The notes: generated by a model not told the origin, from the letters alone. Positions 7,829 to 18,621 are shown, counted from the stretch's first letter. The stretch is 64,000 bases of DNA from an uncultured Candidatus Saccharibacteria bacterium (GCA_964360065.1 CAYHTW010000001.1:6526-70525); one strand, 5' to 3'. Numbers and translations are program-made.

Positions 7829-8837
7829 AACGCCTTAAAAGCTTAGCAGCATCTTCAGGAGGAACTACGTTAACCTCTATGCCGGTATTTAATTCAAAAC
7901 CAGCCGAGATATTCAGCTTAGGCTGAATTTCTATATACCAGTGGAAATGTGTGTGGGATTTTTTGTTTTTAGTTGGAGCTGTACGGACGAAGAAGTTGTA
8001 ATCAGGAAAATTAAGAGATGCCTCAAGCCCTCTTAAGACTTTCTGGAGGGCCTCGGAAACGCATAATAGAATTGAATCCGGAGTCTCTTCAAAGAAAGGA
8101 ATATGACTTTTAGGAAAGACCCTAATTTCAAATTCAACCCTAGAAACAAAGGGCGCGTAAGCGACAACGCAGGCGTTCTCAAAAACTATTCTCTTTTTGT
8201 CGTGAAGTTCCATTGTTATTTCCGTACAATAGACACACTCTCCATTTTTTTTGAAATAAACTTCTGAACCTTTCAGGGAGTGTTCTACAACTGGCGGTAT
8301 GATGGGCACTCCTAAAAGTTGGTAATGAGGATGATAAATGGAAGCGCCGGCTTTCTCTCCCCAGTTACTGAACATAGAGACGTAAGCCACATCATAGGAT
8401 TCAAGCAGTGACAGATATCTATTCTGGAACGCCTTAAGAACCGTATAACCTTCCAGTTTAGAAAGTTTTGGAAAGTTTTTATTATGATCCCTGGTTACGA
8501 GAAGATCGTGATGCCCCACCCCTTTCATAAACAAATAGGGGCCCTTTTTTCTGACTTCCGGTTCAACTCGACTGTGAGAAACTGCCGGATATTTATTGGG
8601 GAATATTTGTAACCCCCAATTTTTTGAGTTCGGGTCCACGAGATGTCCACCTCTGTCATAAACAGCCATGATCGGACCATTCCCGGATCTCTGAGGGTCT
8701 TCAAAAGGACAACTTTGTTTAGGCTTCTTCCGAGGTTTAGGTTTACGCCTTAATTCTTTAGGTTTTCTCGCGCGGCCGGGAACAATCAATATCCAATCTC
8801 CCGAAACTAAATCTTGTCTTAATTCGCTACCTTTCAT
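7821..8837 (-). CDS. galT: Galactose-1-phosphate uridylyltransferase family
   Basis: ELRQD, CPF, NKYPA, GASIYHPHYQ, AGFEL. Confidence 0.88.
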   Translation of the reverse strand: MKGSELRQDLVSGDWILIVPGRARKPKELRRKPKPRKKPKQSCPFEDPQRSGNGPIMAVYDRGGHLVDPNSKNWGLQIFPNKYPAVSHSRVEPEVRKKGPYLFMKGVGHHDLLVTRDHNKNFPKLSKLEGYTVLKAFQNRYLSLLESYDVAYVSMFSNWGEKAGASIYHPHYQLLGVPIIPPVVEHSLKGSEVYFKKNGECVYCTEITMELHDKKRIVFENACVVAYAPFVSRVEFEIRVFPKSHIPFFEETPDSILLCVSEALQKVLRGLEASLNFPDYNFFVRTAPTKNKKSHTHFHWYIEIQPKLNISAGFELNTGIEVNVVPPEDAAKLLRRYV

Positions 8838-10636
8838 TGTTTATTTCTGATTCTGTTTTCATAATACCACCACATAACATCCTTAGCTATTGGGATAGCA
8901 TTCAAACTACCCTCTTTGGCGTCTTCAACAAGGATCAAAATTTCTATCTGCGGATTTTGAGCCGGCGCGTAACCGATAAAAAGAGCGTTGGTTTTAGTAT
9001 TATTTTCTACTTGAGAGCTACCAGTCTTAGCCGCCACCTTAATTGGCAATGTAGAAAGTGCATTAGCGGTGCCGTAACTTTTAGAGACTGCGTCTTCCAT
9101 CCCCTTCCTTACTTCTGTAAATTGCGGGGCCAAATCAGAGAGATCCAGTAATTGTTTAGAGTTACCTTGTTTAAGGTGAGGCACGTAAACCGGGCCATCA
9201 TTAGCAATCGCCGCAATGCCATTCATCAGTTGCAATGGGCTTAGAGATATATCTCCTTGACCTATGGAAATGTTGTAAGTATCACCGACTCTCCAGGGCG
9301 TACCGCTGCGGATTTCTTTTTCTGCTGAATTAGGCAGGAAACCGTAAGATTCACTGTGTAAATCAATGCCGGTAATTTTATCTAGACCAAATTTCCTCCA
9401 ATAATCATTCAGCTTGTCTATGCCTAACCCTTTCAAGCCCTCAAAACCACCTATTGTTTCGTAGAAATAGACATCTGAAGATCTGGCAATGGCCGAGTAG
9501 AGATCAACCCAGCCATGCGCCCTCCAGTCCAAAAAACGGCTTGGTTTGTCGGGGAAATACGGATTGGGTATCTCTATATAACCTATAGAAAGAATTTGTT
9601 TGGTAGAAGACACTATATTTTCTTTTAAAATAGCTGCGGCGTGAATAGGTTTGATAGTTGAACCAGGATTATAGACTCCAGAGACTGCTCTATTAAAAAA
9701 TGGTTTGTTGGCGCCAGAGAGAGGCGCAGAGAGATTATTTGGGTCAAAGGCAGGAAGACTAATAAGACTTAAAACTTCTCCGGTAAGCGGATTGATAGCA
9801 ATGCCTACGCCCGAAGTTTTTCCAATGGAGTTAAGGCCTTTCAACATACTCTTATAAAAATATTCCTGCAGATCAAAATCTATAGTAGTTTTAAACTCAT
9901 CCCCCTGCTTTGGCTCGCTGACCATTTCTGTACCCTGAGTTTCTCCCCGAGCATTCTTATAAGTAATAGTTTGCCCGTCCTGCCCCCTTAAGACACCGTC
10001 GTAATAAGCCTCTAAGCCGGTCCTGCCCTTAAAAGAATTATCCACATCACTAAAACCTACGAACCCGAGAACATGAGCCAGAGAGATGCTGGCGTATTGT
10101 CTTTTATAGCCGTTTTCAATATAGATGGACTGGAGGTCGAGACTTTTCAAATCTATGGCAGCCTTAGTGCCTATATCTCGGCTTAAAATAATATCAGGGT
10201 AGATTTCAATATTAGTTTTAGAAATTAATTTAACGACATCCTCACGCTGTAAACCCAAGAGTGTTGTAGAAGTATTAAGAACCATATCCTCTTCGCCGTT
10301 TTTTATCATAACCGGTATCTGAAGCCTCGCATTAAAAACAGGTTTGTTAGCAACCAGTTGTTTGCCATAACGGTCGGTAATAAGTCCACGTGGCGCTACG
10401 CTTCGCGTTTCTTTATTAACGTTCCCGGATGCTAACGTTAAATAATGCCCATAGTCTAGCCCCCCTAAGATTAAAACCCTTACCGCTGCACCTCCAATTA
10501 AAAGGCCAACCACTAATAAAACGGCAGTGAAGACGCGGCTTTTGAGTGGAAGTTCTTTTAGGCCGAATTCTTTGGTGATGCTATCAGAAATAGCCTCATC
10601 AAAATCAACTATCTTGCGGTTTATCTTTCTTGCCAT
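8834..10636 (-). CDS. mrdA: Class B penicillin-binding protein 2
   Basis: PRGLITDR, PGSTIK, SSD, KTG; follows mreBCD. Confidence 0.9.
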   Translation of the reverse strand: MARKINRKIVDFDEAISDSITKEFGLKELPLKSRVFTAVLLVVGLLIGGAAVRVLILGGLDYGHYLTLASGNVNKETRSVAPRGLITDRYGKQLVANKPVFNARLQIPVMIKNGEEDMVLNTSTTLLGLQREDVVKLISKTNIEIYPDIILSRDIGTKAAIDLKSLDLQSIYIENGYKRQYASISLAHVLGFVGFSDVDNSFKGRTGLEAYYDGVLRGQDGQTITYKNARGETQGTEMVSEPKQGDEFKTTIDFDLQEYFYKSMLKGLNSIGKTSGVGIAINPLTGEVLSLISLPAFDPNNLSAPLSGANKPFFNRAVSGVYNPGSTIKPIHAAAILKENIVSSTKQILSIGYIEIPNPYFPDKPSRFLDWRAHGWVDLYSAIARSSDVYFYETIGGFEGLKGLGIDKLNDYWRKFGLDKITGIDLHSESYGFLPNSAEKEIRSGTPWRVGDTYNISIGQGDISLSPLQLMNGIAAIANDGPVYVPHLKQGNSKQLLDLSDLAPQFTEVRKGMEDAVSKSYGTANALSTLPIKVAAKTGSSQVENNTKTNALFIGYAPAQNPQIEILILVEDAKEGSLNAIPIAKDVMWWYYENRIRNKQ

Positions 10637-11046
10637 AATCTCTGTATCGCAAAGAATAAGAGGAACAAGGCTAGATTGTAAAATGCTTCCGCAGCAAAAA
10701 CAATTGGGCTGAAGTGGACCAAATTAATGGCTAAAGTTGAGACTAAAAGAGCTAAAATAGCATTGGTTAATTTATGGAAAGGTAACCTATTTACCGCTCC
10801 CATACTTAGGACAGACGTGATTATAAAAACGGCATTTTGCAGATCAAAGCCACTGCCGAACTTCAAGATAACGGCCGAGACAAATATTAAAAGCGCCCGC
10901 TTTGTCCAACTGGTATAAATCAAGGAGAGAACTATAAGTAAAGCGAGCGCTATATTCGGCTTTATGCCTCCTATGAGGGCATAGTTGGAAAGCTGGAATA
11001 GCGAGGTAACGGTGACAATAAAAACACTAGCGATAAATCGAAACAT
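10621..11046 (-). CDS. mreD: MreD-like membrane protein
   Basis: Hydrophobic, GIKPN motif, located between mreC and pbp2. Confidence 0.65.
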   Translation of the reverse strand: MFRFIASVFIVTVTSLFQLSNYALIGGIKPNIALALLIVLSLIYTSWTKRALLIFVSAVILKFGSGFDLQNAVFIITSVLSMGAVNRLPFHKLTNAILALLVSTLAINLVHFSPIVFAAEAFYNLALFLLFFAIQRLWQER

Positions 11047-11689
11047 CTCGTAATGAGCTTAGTTCTACTCCCAGTTCAACTTTCGTCTGCTTAAAGGGAG
11101 CTCCCGGAACTTGGGTAATGTTTTTAACGGTACCGATAAAAAGCCCGTAAGGCAAATTGGGGCTAGCTGTTATTATTTCGTCTCCTTCTTTAATGTCGGC
11201 GTCAGTTTTAATAAGATCTACGATTGGATTCAAACCACCTTTGAAAAGTCCGTCAACTTCTTTAGTCCCAATCCTGACCGCTACCTGATAACCAGGGTCG
11301 TAAACAGTTTTTACAATGCTAGTGGAATTGTTAACTTGGCTTACTTTACCTATGAAAACTTTGGAACCGAAAGTAATTATGGCTCCAGATTGAATATCGT
11401 CTTTCTTCCCCGCCGCAATACTAATATCTCTCGTACCGTTAAATGGGTAAGTTGAATAAACCTTTATGCCGTTACTTCCCATATTAACAGCTCCCGAAAT
11501 CTCGGCCTTCAAGGACTTGTTTTCTTTGGTAAGTTCGTAAACTTGTGATTTAAGACTCTCTCCTGGGGTAAGGACAGTTAAAACATCTTCCAAAATTGAA
11601 CTGCCGGCAAACTTTAGATCTGTGAAACGGCCGTAAGCAAAAAGAGTAAAGATGAGAGAAAGTAGAGCGGTGGTGTAAAGATATCTCAT
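11027..11689 (-). CDS. mreC: Rod shape-determining protein MreC
   Basis: TM plus coiled coil, AGKKDDI, IGKV, PYGLFIGTV. Confidence 0.85.
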   Translation of the reverse strand: MRYLYTTALLSLIFTLFAYGRFTDLKFAGSSILEDVLTVLTPGESLKSQVYELTKENKSLKAEISGAVNMGSNGIKVYSTYPFNGTRDISIAAGKKDDIQSGAIITFGSKVFIGKVSQVNNSTSIVKTVYDPGYQVAVRIGTKEVDGLFKGGLNPIVDLIKTDADIKEGDEIITASPNLPYGLFIGTVKNITQVPGAPFKQTKVELGVELSSLRDVSIYR

Positions 11690-12732
11690 AGGTTAACCGG
11701 CTTAGGCTTTTCTTGGTTGGAAAGTATTAATTGGTATTTAGGAAGATTTTCTATAATAATGCCGAGACCCCTCACAACGCATGTTAATGGATCATCTACA
11801 ACGTCTGTTTTCACGGTGATCTCCTTTTCTATATATTTATCCAAGCCTTTTAAAAGACTACCACCACCGGAAAGATGAATGCCTTTCTCTAAAATATCGC
11901 CAACCAACTCCGGAGGAGCCTCTTCTATGACTAGTTTAACTTCTTCGGCTAAAATCTTGAGAGATCGCGATATTGCAGCTCTAACTTGGGTGCCTTTAAC
12001 AATGATTTCTTTAGGCAAACCGCTCGTGATATCTCGGCCGCGAACCGCCATTTCCATTTTTTCATCCATATTGATGGCTGAACCTATATTAACCTTAAGA
12101 TTTTCGGCAGTTGGTTCACCTATGAGAAGTTTAAATTCTTCTCTGACAAATCTCATAATATCATCGTTCAATCTCTGACCCGCTATTTTAAGACTCCTAG
12201 AAACAACCGTTCCTCCTACCGATATTATGGCAATCTCTGATGTACCACCGCCGATATTGATAACCATGTTCGCTGTAGCTTCTTCCATTGGCAGGCGGGC
12301 ACCTACTGCCGCCGCTATTGATTCTTCTACTAAAAGCACCTTAGAAACTCCGGCCGAGATTACGGCGTCTTCCACAGATTTTCTTTCTACTTCGGTCAGG
12401 TTAGACGGAACACTAATAGCCGCCATATGATACCTAGGCATAAAACCATCGGAGTTAGCCTTGCTTAAAAAATATTTAAGTATCTCCTGGGTAGTTTCGA
12501 AATCCGAAATAACACCAGCCATAAGCGGCTTAATGAGGCTGATGTGAGACGGGGTTCTATCCAACATTTTCTTAGCCTCGTGGCCGATGGCTAAAATCTG
12601 ATTAGTGCGGATGTTAACGGCTACAAGAGTAGGTTCGTTAACCGTTATCCCCTGTCCCTGGAGATAAACCAGAGAATTGGCCGTGCCTAAGTCTATGCCA
12701 ACGTTTTTATAAAATCTGTCTAAGAGTCCCAT
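11686..12732 (-). CDS. mreB: Rod shape-determining protein MreB (paralogue A)
   Basis: GIDLGTAN, NEPTLVA, TEVERK, GGGT, SGGGSLL. Confidence 0.92.
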   Translation of the reverse strand: MGLLDRFYKNVGIDLGTANSLVYLQGQGITVNEPTLVAVNIRTNQILAIGHEAKKMLDRTPSHISLIKPLMAGVISDFETTQEILKYFLSKANSDGFMPRYHMAAISVPSNLTEVERKSVEDAVISAGVSKVLLVEESIAAAVGARLPMEEATANMVINIGGGTSEIAIISVGGTVVSRSLKIAGQRLNDDIMRFVREEFKLLIGEPTAENLKVNIGSAINMDEKMEMAVRGRDITSGLPKEIIVKGTQVRAAISRSLKILAEEVKLVIEEAPPELVGDILEKGIHLSGGGSLLKGLDKYIEKEITVKTDVVDDPLTCVVRGLGIIIENLPKYQLILSNQEKPKPVNL

Positions 12733-13942
12733 AGCTTACTAATTTAATTTTTTTATCGTTTCTCTTCTTGACCTCAATTTTTTCACCGTTCCTATCGCCT
12801 ACCACCAAACGGTAAGGAAGGCCGAGCAAATCTGCATCGGCAAACTTTTCTCCCGCCGAAACAACCCGTTCATCATAAAGAACTTCGTAACCCTCCGCAA
12901 GAAGGTCTTTATATATTTTATCTGCGAGCTTGCCGGCTTTAGACTTCTGGTCAGCCAATCTCAAAAGATGAATTTTAAAAGGAGCTGCGCTTTCCGGCCA
13001 AATAATACCTTTGTCATCGTGATATTTTTCTACTATTACCCCAATAAGTCTTGTGACGCCTATACCATAACAACCCATAATTGGGTGTTTCCTTTCGTTT
13101 TTATTATCAGTGAAAGTCAGACCGAAATCTTTGCCATATTTTTGGCCCAAGTCAAAGACGTTACCAACCTCAGAGGCTTTAGCTTGATGTAAAACGCCAC
13201 GACCGCACTTAGGGCAAGTTTCGCCCAAACGAACTTTAGCTATCTCAAAATTAACGCAAAATTCGCATTTGTCGCAGTAGAAAATATCGTCTTCCCCGGC
13301 ATCGGTGATAACCATAAACTCATAAGATATCTTGTCGCTAAAACTGCCCCCAGAAGCTTCAGTTACCTTAGCGGTTAAGCCAAGACGTTTATATATCTTA
13401 AGGTAAGATTTTTTGGTTTTGGCATAGAACTTATCAAAATCTTCCTGGGTTTCGTGGAAGCTGTACATATCTTTCATCAGGAACTCCCTACCTCGCAGAA
13501 CGCCCGACTTAGCCCGAAGCTCATCACGGAACTTCCAGTGAATTTGGTAAACAGCCAGAGGTAAATCCTTGTAAGTGGTGGCGTATTTTAAAACCAGCGG
13601 AGTCACTAACTCTTCCTCGCTCTGGCCCAGGGCGTACTCTTTTTCGGTTCGGCTAGGAACTTTGAAAAGAACATCTATGCTATCCCAACCCCCGGTAGTT
13701 TCCCAGAGAGCTTTAGGATGAAGCATAGACATTAATATTTCTTGACCGCCGATAGCGTTCATTTCTTCTCTCACAACCGCTTCAATCTTCCTTAAAACAC
13801 GAAGCCCTAATGGCAAGTATGAGTAAGAACCGGCCATCGTTTTATTTATGAATCCTGCCCGGATGAGAAGCTTGGCGTTAACTGACTCTTCGTCTTTAGG
13901 GGCCTCTCTTAGAGTTTTAACAAATAATTCGCTTTGTTTCAT
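12707..13942 (-). CDS. proS: Prolyl-tRNA synthetase (short, no editing domain)
   Basis: MKQSELFVKTLRE, FRDELRAKSGVLRGREFLMKDMYSF, MGCYGIG. Confidence 0.95.
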   Translation of the reverse strand: MKQSELFVKTLREAPKDEESVNAKLLIRAGFINKTMAGSYSYLPLGLRVLRKIEAVVREEMNAIGGQEILMSMLHPKALWETTGGWDSIDVLFKVPSRTEKEYALGQSEEELVTPLVLKYATTYKDLPLAVYQIHWKFRDELRAKSGVLRGREFLMKDMYSFHETQEDFDKFYAKTKKSYLKIYKRLGLTAKVTEASGGSFSDKISYEFMVITDAGEDDIFYCDKCEFCVNFEIAKVRLGETCPKCGRGVLHQAKASEVGNVFDLGQKYGKDFGLTFTDNKNERKHPIMGCYGIGVTRLIGVIVEKYHDDKGIIWPESAAPFKIHLLRLADQKSKAGKLADKIYKDLLAEGYEVLYDERVVSAGEKFADADLLGLPYRLVVGDRNGEKIEVKKRNDKKIKLVSYGTLRQIL

Positions 13943-13946
13943 AGGT

Positions 13947-14966
13947 TTAAACTAGATTGATTATATCCTTAATTGTGACCAGCACCATAATAACGATGAG
14001 AATGGCGAAACCAACAAGATGACTCATTGATTCTACTTTTTTACTTAATCTGCCTCCGGAAACTTTTTCATAAACTATAAATAATAGCCTGCCTCCATCA
14101 AGAGCCGGGAAAGGAAGAATATTCAAAGCCGCCAGATTCAAGGAGATTATAGCGAGGATTTGAAGTAAATGGGCGAAACCTAGACGTCCTGCCGCATCTA
14201 TAAAGCCGAAGATACCTATTGGACCGGTAAACTGAGAAGTCACGCCCATGTCCCCTACAAATAGTCTCGCAAAAAGTGAATAAATACTTTTGTAGATGAG
14301 CCCTAAGAGTTCAACTGACGTTGTGAAGCCGTCTTTTAGAGAACTAAAGAAACCCTCTTTAGGTATACCTCCCTCAATTAAAGAAACTCCTATTGGTCCT
14401 TCTCCGGCAGGAGGATTGAGCCTGGGAGTGATGCTAATTGGCATCTCTTTATCTCCCCTAATCACTTCTAAGTTAGTAGCCTTGCCTTTATTGTTATTAA
14501 TAAAAGTAACAAGATCTTCTATCTTAGAAAAATCTTTGATTTTGTCCCCGGACATAAGACCTGCAGAAGCCGCGGGACTGTTCTCTGCCACGTGTCCCAC
14601 GACTACAGACGGATTAGTGCCAATCAGAAATACTCCGGTAATAGCGAACCAACCGATTATGAAGTTCATAAAAGCTCCAGCCGCTATAATGATGACCTTT
14701 TTAAAAAGAGACAGATTCTGGAAGCTTCCGGGCTCTGCGTTGCCTTCCAGACTATCTTCGCCGTGGATCTTCACGAATCCACCAAATGGGATAGCGTTAA
14801 TGGTATAGGTAGTGTCGCCGATTTTTTTCTTAAAGAGTCTGGGTGGAAAACCGAAACCGAATTCCTCAACTTTAAGTCCGAAATACTTAGCGGTAAAAAA
14901 ATGACCGAGTTCATGGCCGATTATAAGTATGGCAAGAAAAATTATGACTGTCAGTAGAGTAATCAT
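13947..14966 (-). CDS. rseP: RseP-like M50 metalloprotease with PDZ domain
   Basis: HELGH, GGFVKI, PDZ segment, NILPFPALDGG. Confidence 0.9.
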   Translation of the reverse strand: MITLLTVIIFLAILIIGHELGHFFTAKYFGLKVEEFGFGFPPRLFKKKIGDTTYTINAIPFGGFVKIHGEDSLEGNAEPGSFQNLSLFKKVIIIAAGAFMNFIIGWFAITGVFLIGTNPSVVVGHVAENSPAASAGLMSGDKIKDFSKIEDLVTFINNNKGKATNLEVIRGDKEMPISITPRLNPPAGEGPIGVSLIEGGIPKEGFFSSLKDGFTTSVELLGLIYKSIYSLFARLFVGDMGVTSQFTGPIGIFGFIDAAGRLGFAHLLQILAIISLNLAALNILPFPALDGGRLLFIVYEKVSGGRLSKKVESMSHLVGFAILIVIMVLVTIKDIINLV

Positions 14967-15499
14967 TAAGACGATAAGTCTTTAATCTTATCTTCTATAA
15001 GGCGGTCCATACTGTCGTTGAACTGATCCACTCTTTTTTGTAAGTCATTCTTCGTTTTGAACTTTAGATCTTTATCTATTTCGGTAGATATGGATTTATT
15101 AACATCGTCTCTTTGACGCCTCATCTTGATCCTAGTTTCCTCGGCGGTAGATTTAACAAGCTTAATAATCTCGTCTCTTCTCTCGGTGGTCAGTTCCGGA
15201 AGTTTGGCACGGACCATGTTTCCTAGAGCAGACACACTTAAGCCTAATTTGGCTGTTTCAATGGCCTTAGCAACTATGGGCACAAGGCTCTTATCCCAAA
15301 GAGTGATAATAATGTCACGAGGCATTTCAACCGTAATACTGCCGAGCTGTTTAATCTGCGTATTTTGTTCCATATAGTTAACATAAATATTCTCTACTAT
15401 CCTCGGAGAGGGACGGTTGGTTCTGAGAATAGAAATTGCTTCCTTAAAAGAACTTGAGAGTGCGTCTATTCTGTTTTGAAATTCTTTTAGATTTTCCAT
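14966..15499 (-). CDS. frr: Ribosome recycling factor
   Basis: LRTNRPSP, PELTTERR, helical C-terminus. Confidence 0.9.
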   Translation of the reverse strand: MENLKEFQNRIDALSSSFKEAISILRTNRPSPRIVENIYVNYMEQNTQIKQLGSITVEMPRDIIITLWDKSLVPIVAKAIETAKLGLSVSALGNMVRAKLPELTTERRDEIIKLVKSTAEETRIKMRRQRDDVNKSISTEIDKDLKFKTKNDLQKRVDQFNDSMDRLIEDKIKDLSS

Positions 15500-16338
15500 A
15501 TTAGTCCCGCTTCCAGCTGCAACCTTTTATTGACGTTAAAGTCTCCTAAGTATGTCATTCTCTTCATAATTGATTTTAAGAGAAGGTAGTTCTTTTCTGG
15601 ATTACCGCAGGCTTGTGAAATAATCTCGGTCAGAAATGGCTTAATTTTATGCTTATTGTCTGCGTCGGACATCTCTTTGATTATTGCCACAGAATTGCTT
15701 CCGTCTACTAAGAAATGCCTTGCTTTTTTGCTCAAAGACTTCCACTCATCGCTGGTGGCTACAGAGATAGCCCTACCGGTTCTGCCGAAAGAGAGACTCG
15801 CTATTTTAGCGGCGTCTTTCTCTCCCAGCTTCATGGTTTTCATAAGATGGTTTTTGATATCTATTGAAGTGGCCCTGCCGAAGTAAATCTTCTGGAACCT
15901 GGATTGTAAAGTTGGCAAAAGCGAATCAGGATTTTCCAAAACCATAATAATAAGGCCTGTCTCCGGGGGCTCTTCGGATATTTTAAGAATCGCGTTCTGG
16001 GCCTGATTGGTTAGCTGATCTGCGCCGTCTATGATAGCCATCCTGTAGACAGAGTTGACCGGCTTGGAGTAAAGAAAATGCTTTAAGTCTCTGATTTCGT
16101 CTATACCTATAGATTCTGATTCTGCCAGAGAGGAAATAACAAACGCTTCTGTAAGAACTCTCTTATTGGATTCTTCTGACTCCCTAAACTCGCCAAACTC
16201 CAGGAGATTGGCCAGGTTGCGTGCAAAAGCGGCTTTGCCAACACTTTTTTCTCCGAAGAAGATATAACCGTGAAAAAGATTCCCCTTTTTGGCGAGGCGA
16301 GTAAATGTTTTTTCTAACTTATCATGGCCAAGCAACAT
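15487..16338 (-). CDS. holB: DNA polymerase III delta-prime-like clamp loader subunit
   Basis: HGYIFFG..VGK, IGIDEIR, AQNAILKISEEPP, LLPTLQSR. Confidence 0.82.
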   Translation of the reverse strand: MLLGHDKLEKTFTRLAKKGNLFHGYIFFGEKSVGKAAFARNLANLLEFGEFRESEESNKRVLTEAFVISSLAESESIGIDEIRDLKHFLYSKPVNSVYRMAIIDGADQLTNQAQNAILKISEEPPETGLIIMVLENPDSLLPTLQSRFQKIYFGRATSIDIKNHLMKTMKLGEKDAAKIASLSFGRTGRAISVATSDEWKSLSKKARHFLVDGSNSVAIIKEMSDADNKHKIKPFLTEIISQACGNPEKNYLLLKSIMKRMTYLGDFNVNKRLQLEAGLIWKI

Positions 16339-17345
16339 TAGTTTTTATTGAGTAAAGTTCTCTTATAGATATCCAGATGTTCTAAAATTATACCAGTACC
16401 TTTAGCCACGCAAAGGATAGGATCTTCGGCTACATACATCTCAACTCCCAATAGACGCCTAAAGAACTCATCTATGTTTCTTAACCCTGAGCTCCCACCC
16501 GATAGGATGACGCCCTTTTCCATAACATCGGCTACGAGCTCAGGAGGAGTTTCATTAAAAACCGAAGAGACAGAAGAAGCTATTTCCATCAGGCTAGGAT
16601 TAAGAGCTTCAGCTACTTCATTGGAGTTAATAATAAGGTCTTTAGGAAGGCCTGAAACCAAATTCCTGCCTCTGAATTGAAATTCAATTTTATTCTTCAT
16701 GGGGAGGGCCGAACCGGCACCTATCTTAATAGCTTCAGCTGTTTGTTCTCCAATGGAAATGGAATACTTTTTCTTAACGTAACTCATAATAGCTGCGTCA
16801 AATTTATTACCGGCCACTCTTAAGCTCGCGGAGCAAACAATGCCTCCGAGTGAAATAACGGCAACTTCAGAAGTACCTCCGCCAATATTAATAATCATAT
16901 TCCCAGAGGAAGAATTTATAGCAACGCCTGCCCCCAAAGCAGCGAGCAATGGCTCACGGACCACGTAGGCATTTTTGGCACCGGATTCTTTGGCGGCATT
17001 AACTACAGCTCTTTTTTCAGTAGGGCTAATGCCAGCTGGGACTGAGATAACTAAGTCCGGGCTAATCAAATTCCACTTCCCTATGGCTTTGTAGATGAAG
17101 TATTTCAGCATGGCTCTTGTAATATAATAATCGGCTATAACACCGTCTTTTAGGGGGCGGTAAGCAGTGATGTCGCCGGGAGTACGGCCGATCATTTCCT
17201 TAGCCTCTATACCTACAGCCATAACTGAATTTTCTGGCAGACTTAAGGCCACGATGGTCGGTTCGTTAATAACAAACCCATTTCCTGGGACGAAGACAAC
17301 GGTATTGGTGGTTCCTAAGTCTATACCTATGCGCTTAACAAACAT
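16338..17345 (-). CDS. mreB: MreB/Mbl paralogue B
   Basis: [30 protein letters not shown]. Confidence 0.9.
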   Translation of the reverse strand: MFVKRIGIDLGTTNTVVFVPGNGFVINEPTIVALSLPENSVMAVGIEAKEMIGRTPGDITAYRPLKDGVIADYYITRAMLKYFIYKAIGKWNLISPDLVISVPAGISPTEKRAVVNAAKESGAKNAYVVREPLLAALGAGVAINSSSGNMIINIGGGTSEVAVISLGGIVCSASLRVAGNKFDAAIMSYVKKKYSISIGEQTAEAIKIGAGSALPMKNKIEFQFRGRNLVSGLPKDLIINSNEVAEALNPSLMEIASSVSSVFNETPPELVADVMEKGVILSGGSSGLRNIDEFFRRLLGVEMYVAEDPILCVAKGTGIILEHLDIYKRTLLNKN

Positions 17346-18614
17346 TTATTTAATGCGTTCTATTTCGGCTCCGAGTAACCTTAATCTTTCTTCTAATCTG
17401 GCGTAACCTCTATCAATAGTTTCGGCGCCATCTAATGTACTTCTACCTTCAGCTATTAGAGCAGCGATAACGAGAGTGGCTCCGGCCCGAAGATCAAGAC
17501 TTTTTATTTCTGCTCCGTGGAGAGTGGTCGGCCCATGAACAACTGCACGATGGTCGTCCAAAATTTCGGCTCGGGCGCCCATCTTTTGAAGCTCGTATAT
17601 GTATCTTAACCTGCCTTCGTAGAGGGTGTCAAAAATAAGACTCGGACCATCGCTTTGCGTGGCGAGCACGCCATAAGGAGCCTGCAAATCAGTCGGGAAA
17701 CCTGGGTAGGGCAGAGTCTGAATCTTCGTGCCTTTGAGATTTTTAAGGCTGTTTTTTACTATTACCGTCTCCTTCAGTATTTTTAAATCAACGCCGAACT
17801 CCTGTAATTTTTTAATGGGTGACGTCATAAAGGTCACCGGAACGTTTCTGATAGATAGACTTTCGGCAGCTAAAGCTCCAAGAACCATAAAAGTCCCAGC
17901 CTCAATTGGATCAGGCATTATAGTGTGATAAGTTCCAGCAGTGGGAACATCTTTACTACCGAATATTCTTATATTGTGAGTTCCTAGGCCACCAAGCACA
18001 AAACCCAACTTCTCCAAGAACCTCCCTAGATCTTGGATGTGAGGCTCCGCGGCAGCGAGCTCTATTTCCAGCGATGGCATAGCAGTTCCTAACATCATTA
18101 AATTTTCGGTGGCCGTGACACTGAATTCAGTCAATACTACTTTATTTCGCAATTTTCTGGGAGAGGGAGCTTTGAGCTCATACATATCTGACGCGGCGTC
18201 GTATTCAACACTTACACCTATTTCTTTAAGAGCTTCCAGATGAGCATCCAATGGTCTGGCTCCTATGAGGCAGCCCCCTGGAGTCCCTAAGGAAACCTTT
18301 CCGAAACGGGCCAACATCGGACCAATAAGTAAAACAGATGACCTGATATTGCGGACTAAAGTCATGTTTAAAGTAACCGGATTAAGGTCGCAATTATCTA
18401 TTTTGAGAACTTCCCCCTCCCACTTAATATAAGACCCCATACTCTCCAGAATAGTAAGCAAGGTTAGAACATCCCCTATTTTAGGAACATTAGAGAGGAT
18501 ACAGGGCTGTGTCGCGAGGATAGTGGCGGCAATTGTAGGAGTAGCGGCGTTTTTGGAACCGAAAACCTCAATCTCTCCGCGGAGTTTACACCCGCCGTTT
18601 ACAACAAATCGCAC
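17346..18614 (-). CDS. murA: UDP-N-acetylglucosamine 1-carboxyvinyltransferase
   Basis: GSKNA, PGGCLIGARP, PYPGFPTDLQ, DLRAG; GTG start. Confidence 0.95.
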   Translation of the reverse strand: MRFVVNGGCKLRGEIEVFGSKNAATPTIAATILATQPCILSNVPKIGDVLTLLTILESMGSYIKWEGEVLKIDNCDLNPVTLNMTLVRNIRSSVLLIGPMLARFGKVSLGTPGGCLIGARPLDAHLEALKEIGVSVEYDAASDMYELKAPSPRKLRNKVVLTEFSVTATENLMMLGTAMPSLEIELAAAEPHIQDLGRFLEKLGFVLGGLGTHNIRIFGSKDVPTAGTYHTIMPDPIEAGTFMVLGALAAESLSIRNVPVTFMTSPIKKLQEFGVDLKILKETVIVKNSLKNLKGTKIQTLPYPGFPTDLQAPYGVLATQSDGPSLIFDTLYEGRLRYIYELQKMGARAEILDDHRAVVHGPTTLHGAEIKSLDLRAGATLVIAALIAEGRSTLDGAETIDRGYARLEERLRLLGAEIERIK

Positions 18615-18621
18615 GCCCTCT

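Noticed and set aside
14398-14420. NPPAGEG in RseP as another palindrome insertion
   Set aside because: The DNA (tctccggcaggaggatt) is not the TCCGCC/GGCGGA palindrome; likely an ordinary post-PDZ linker.
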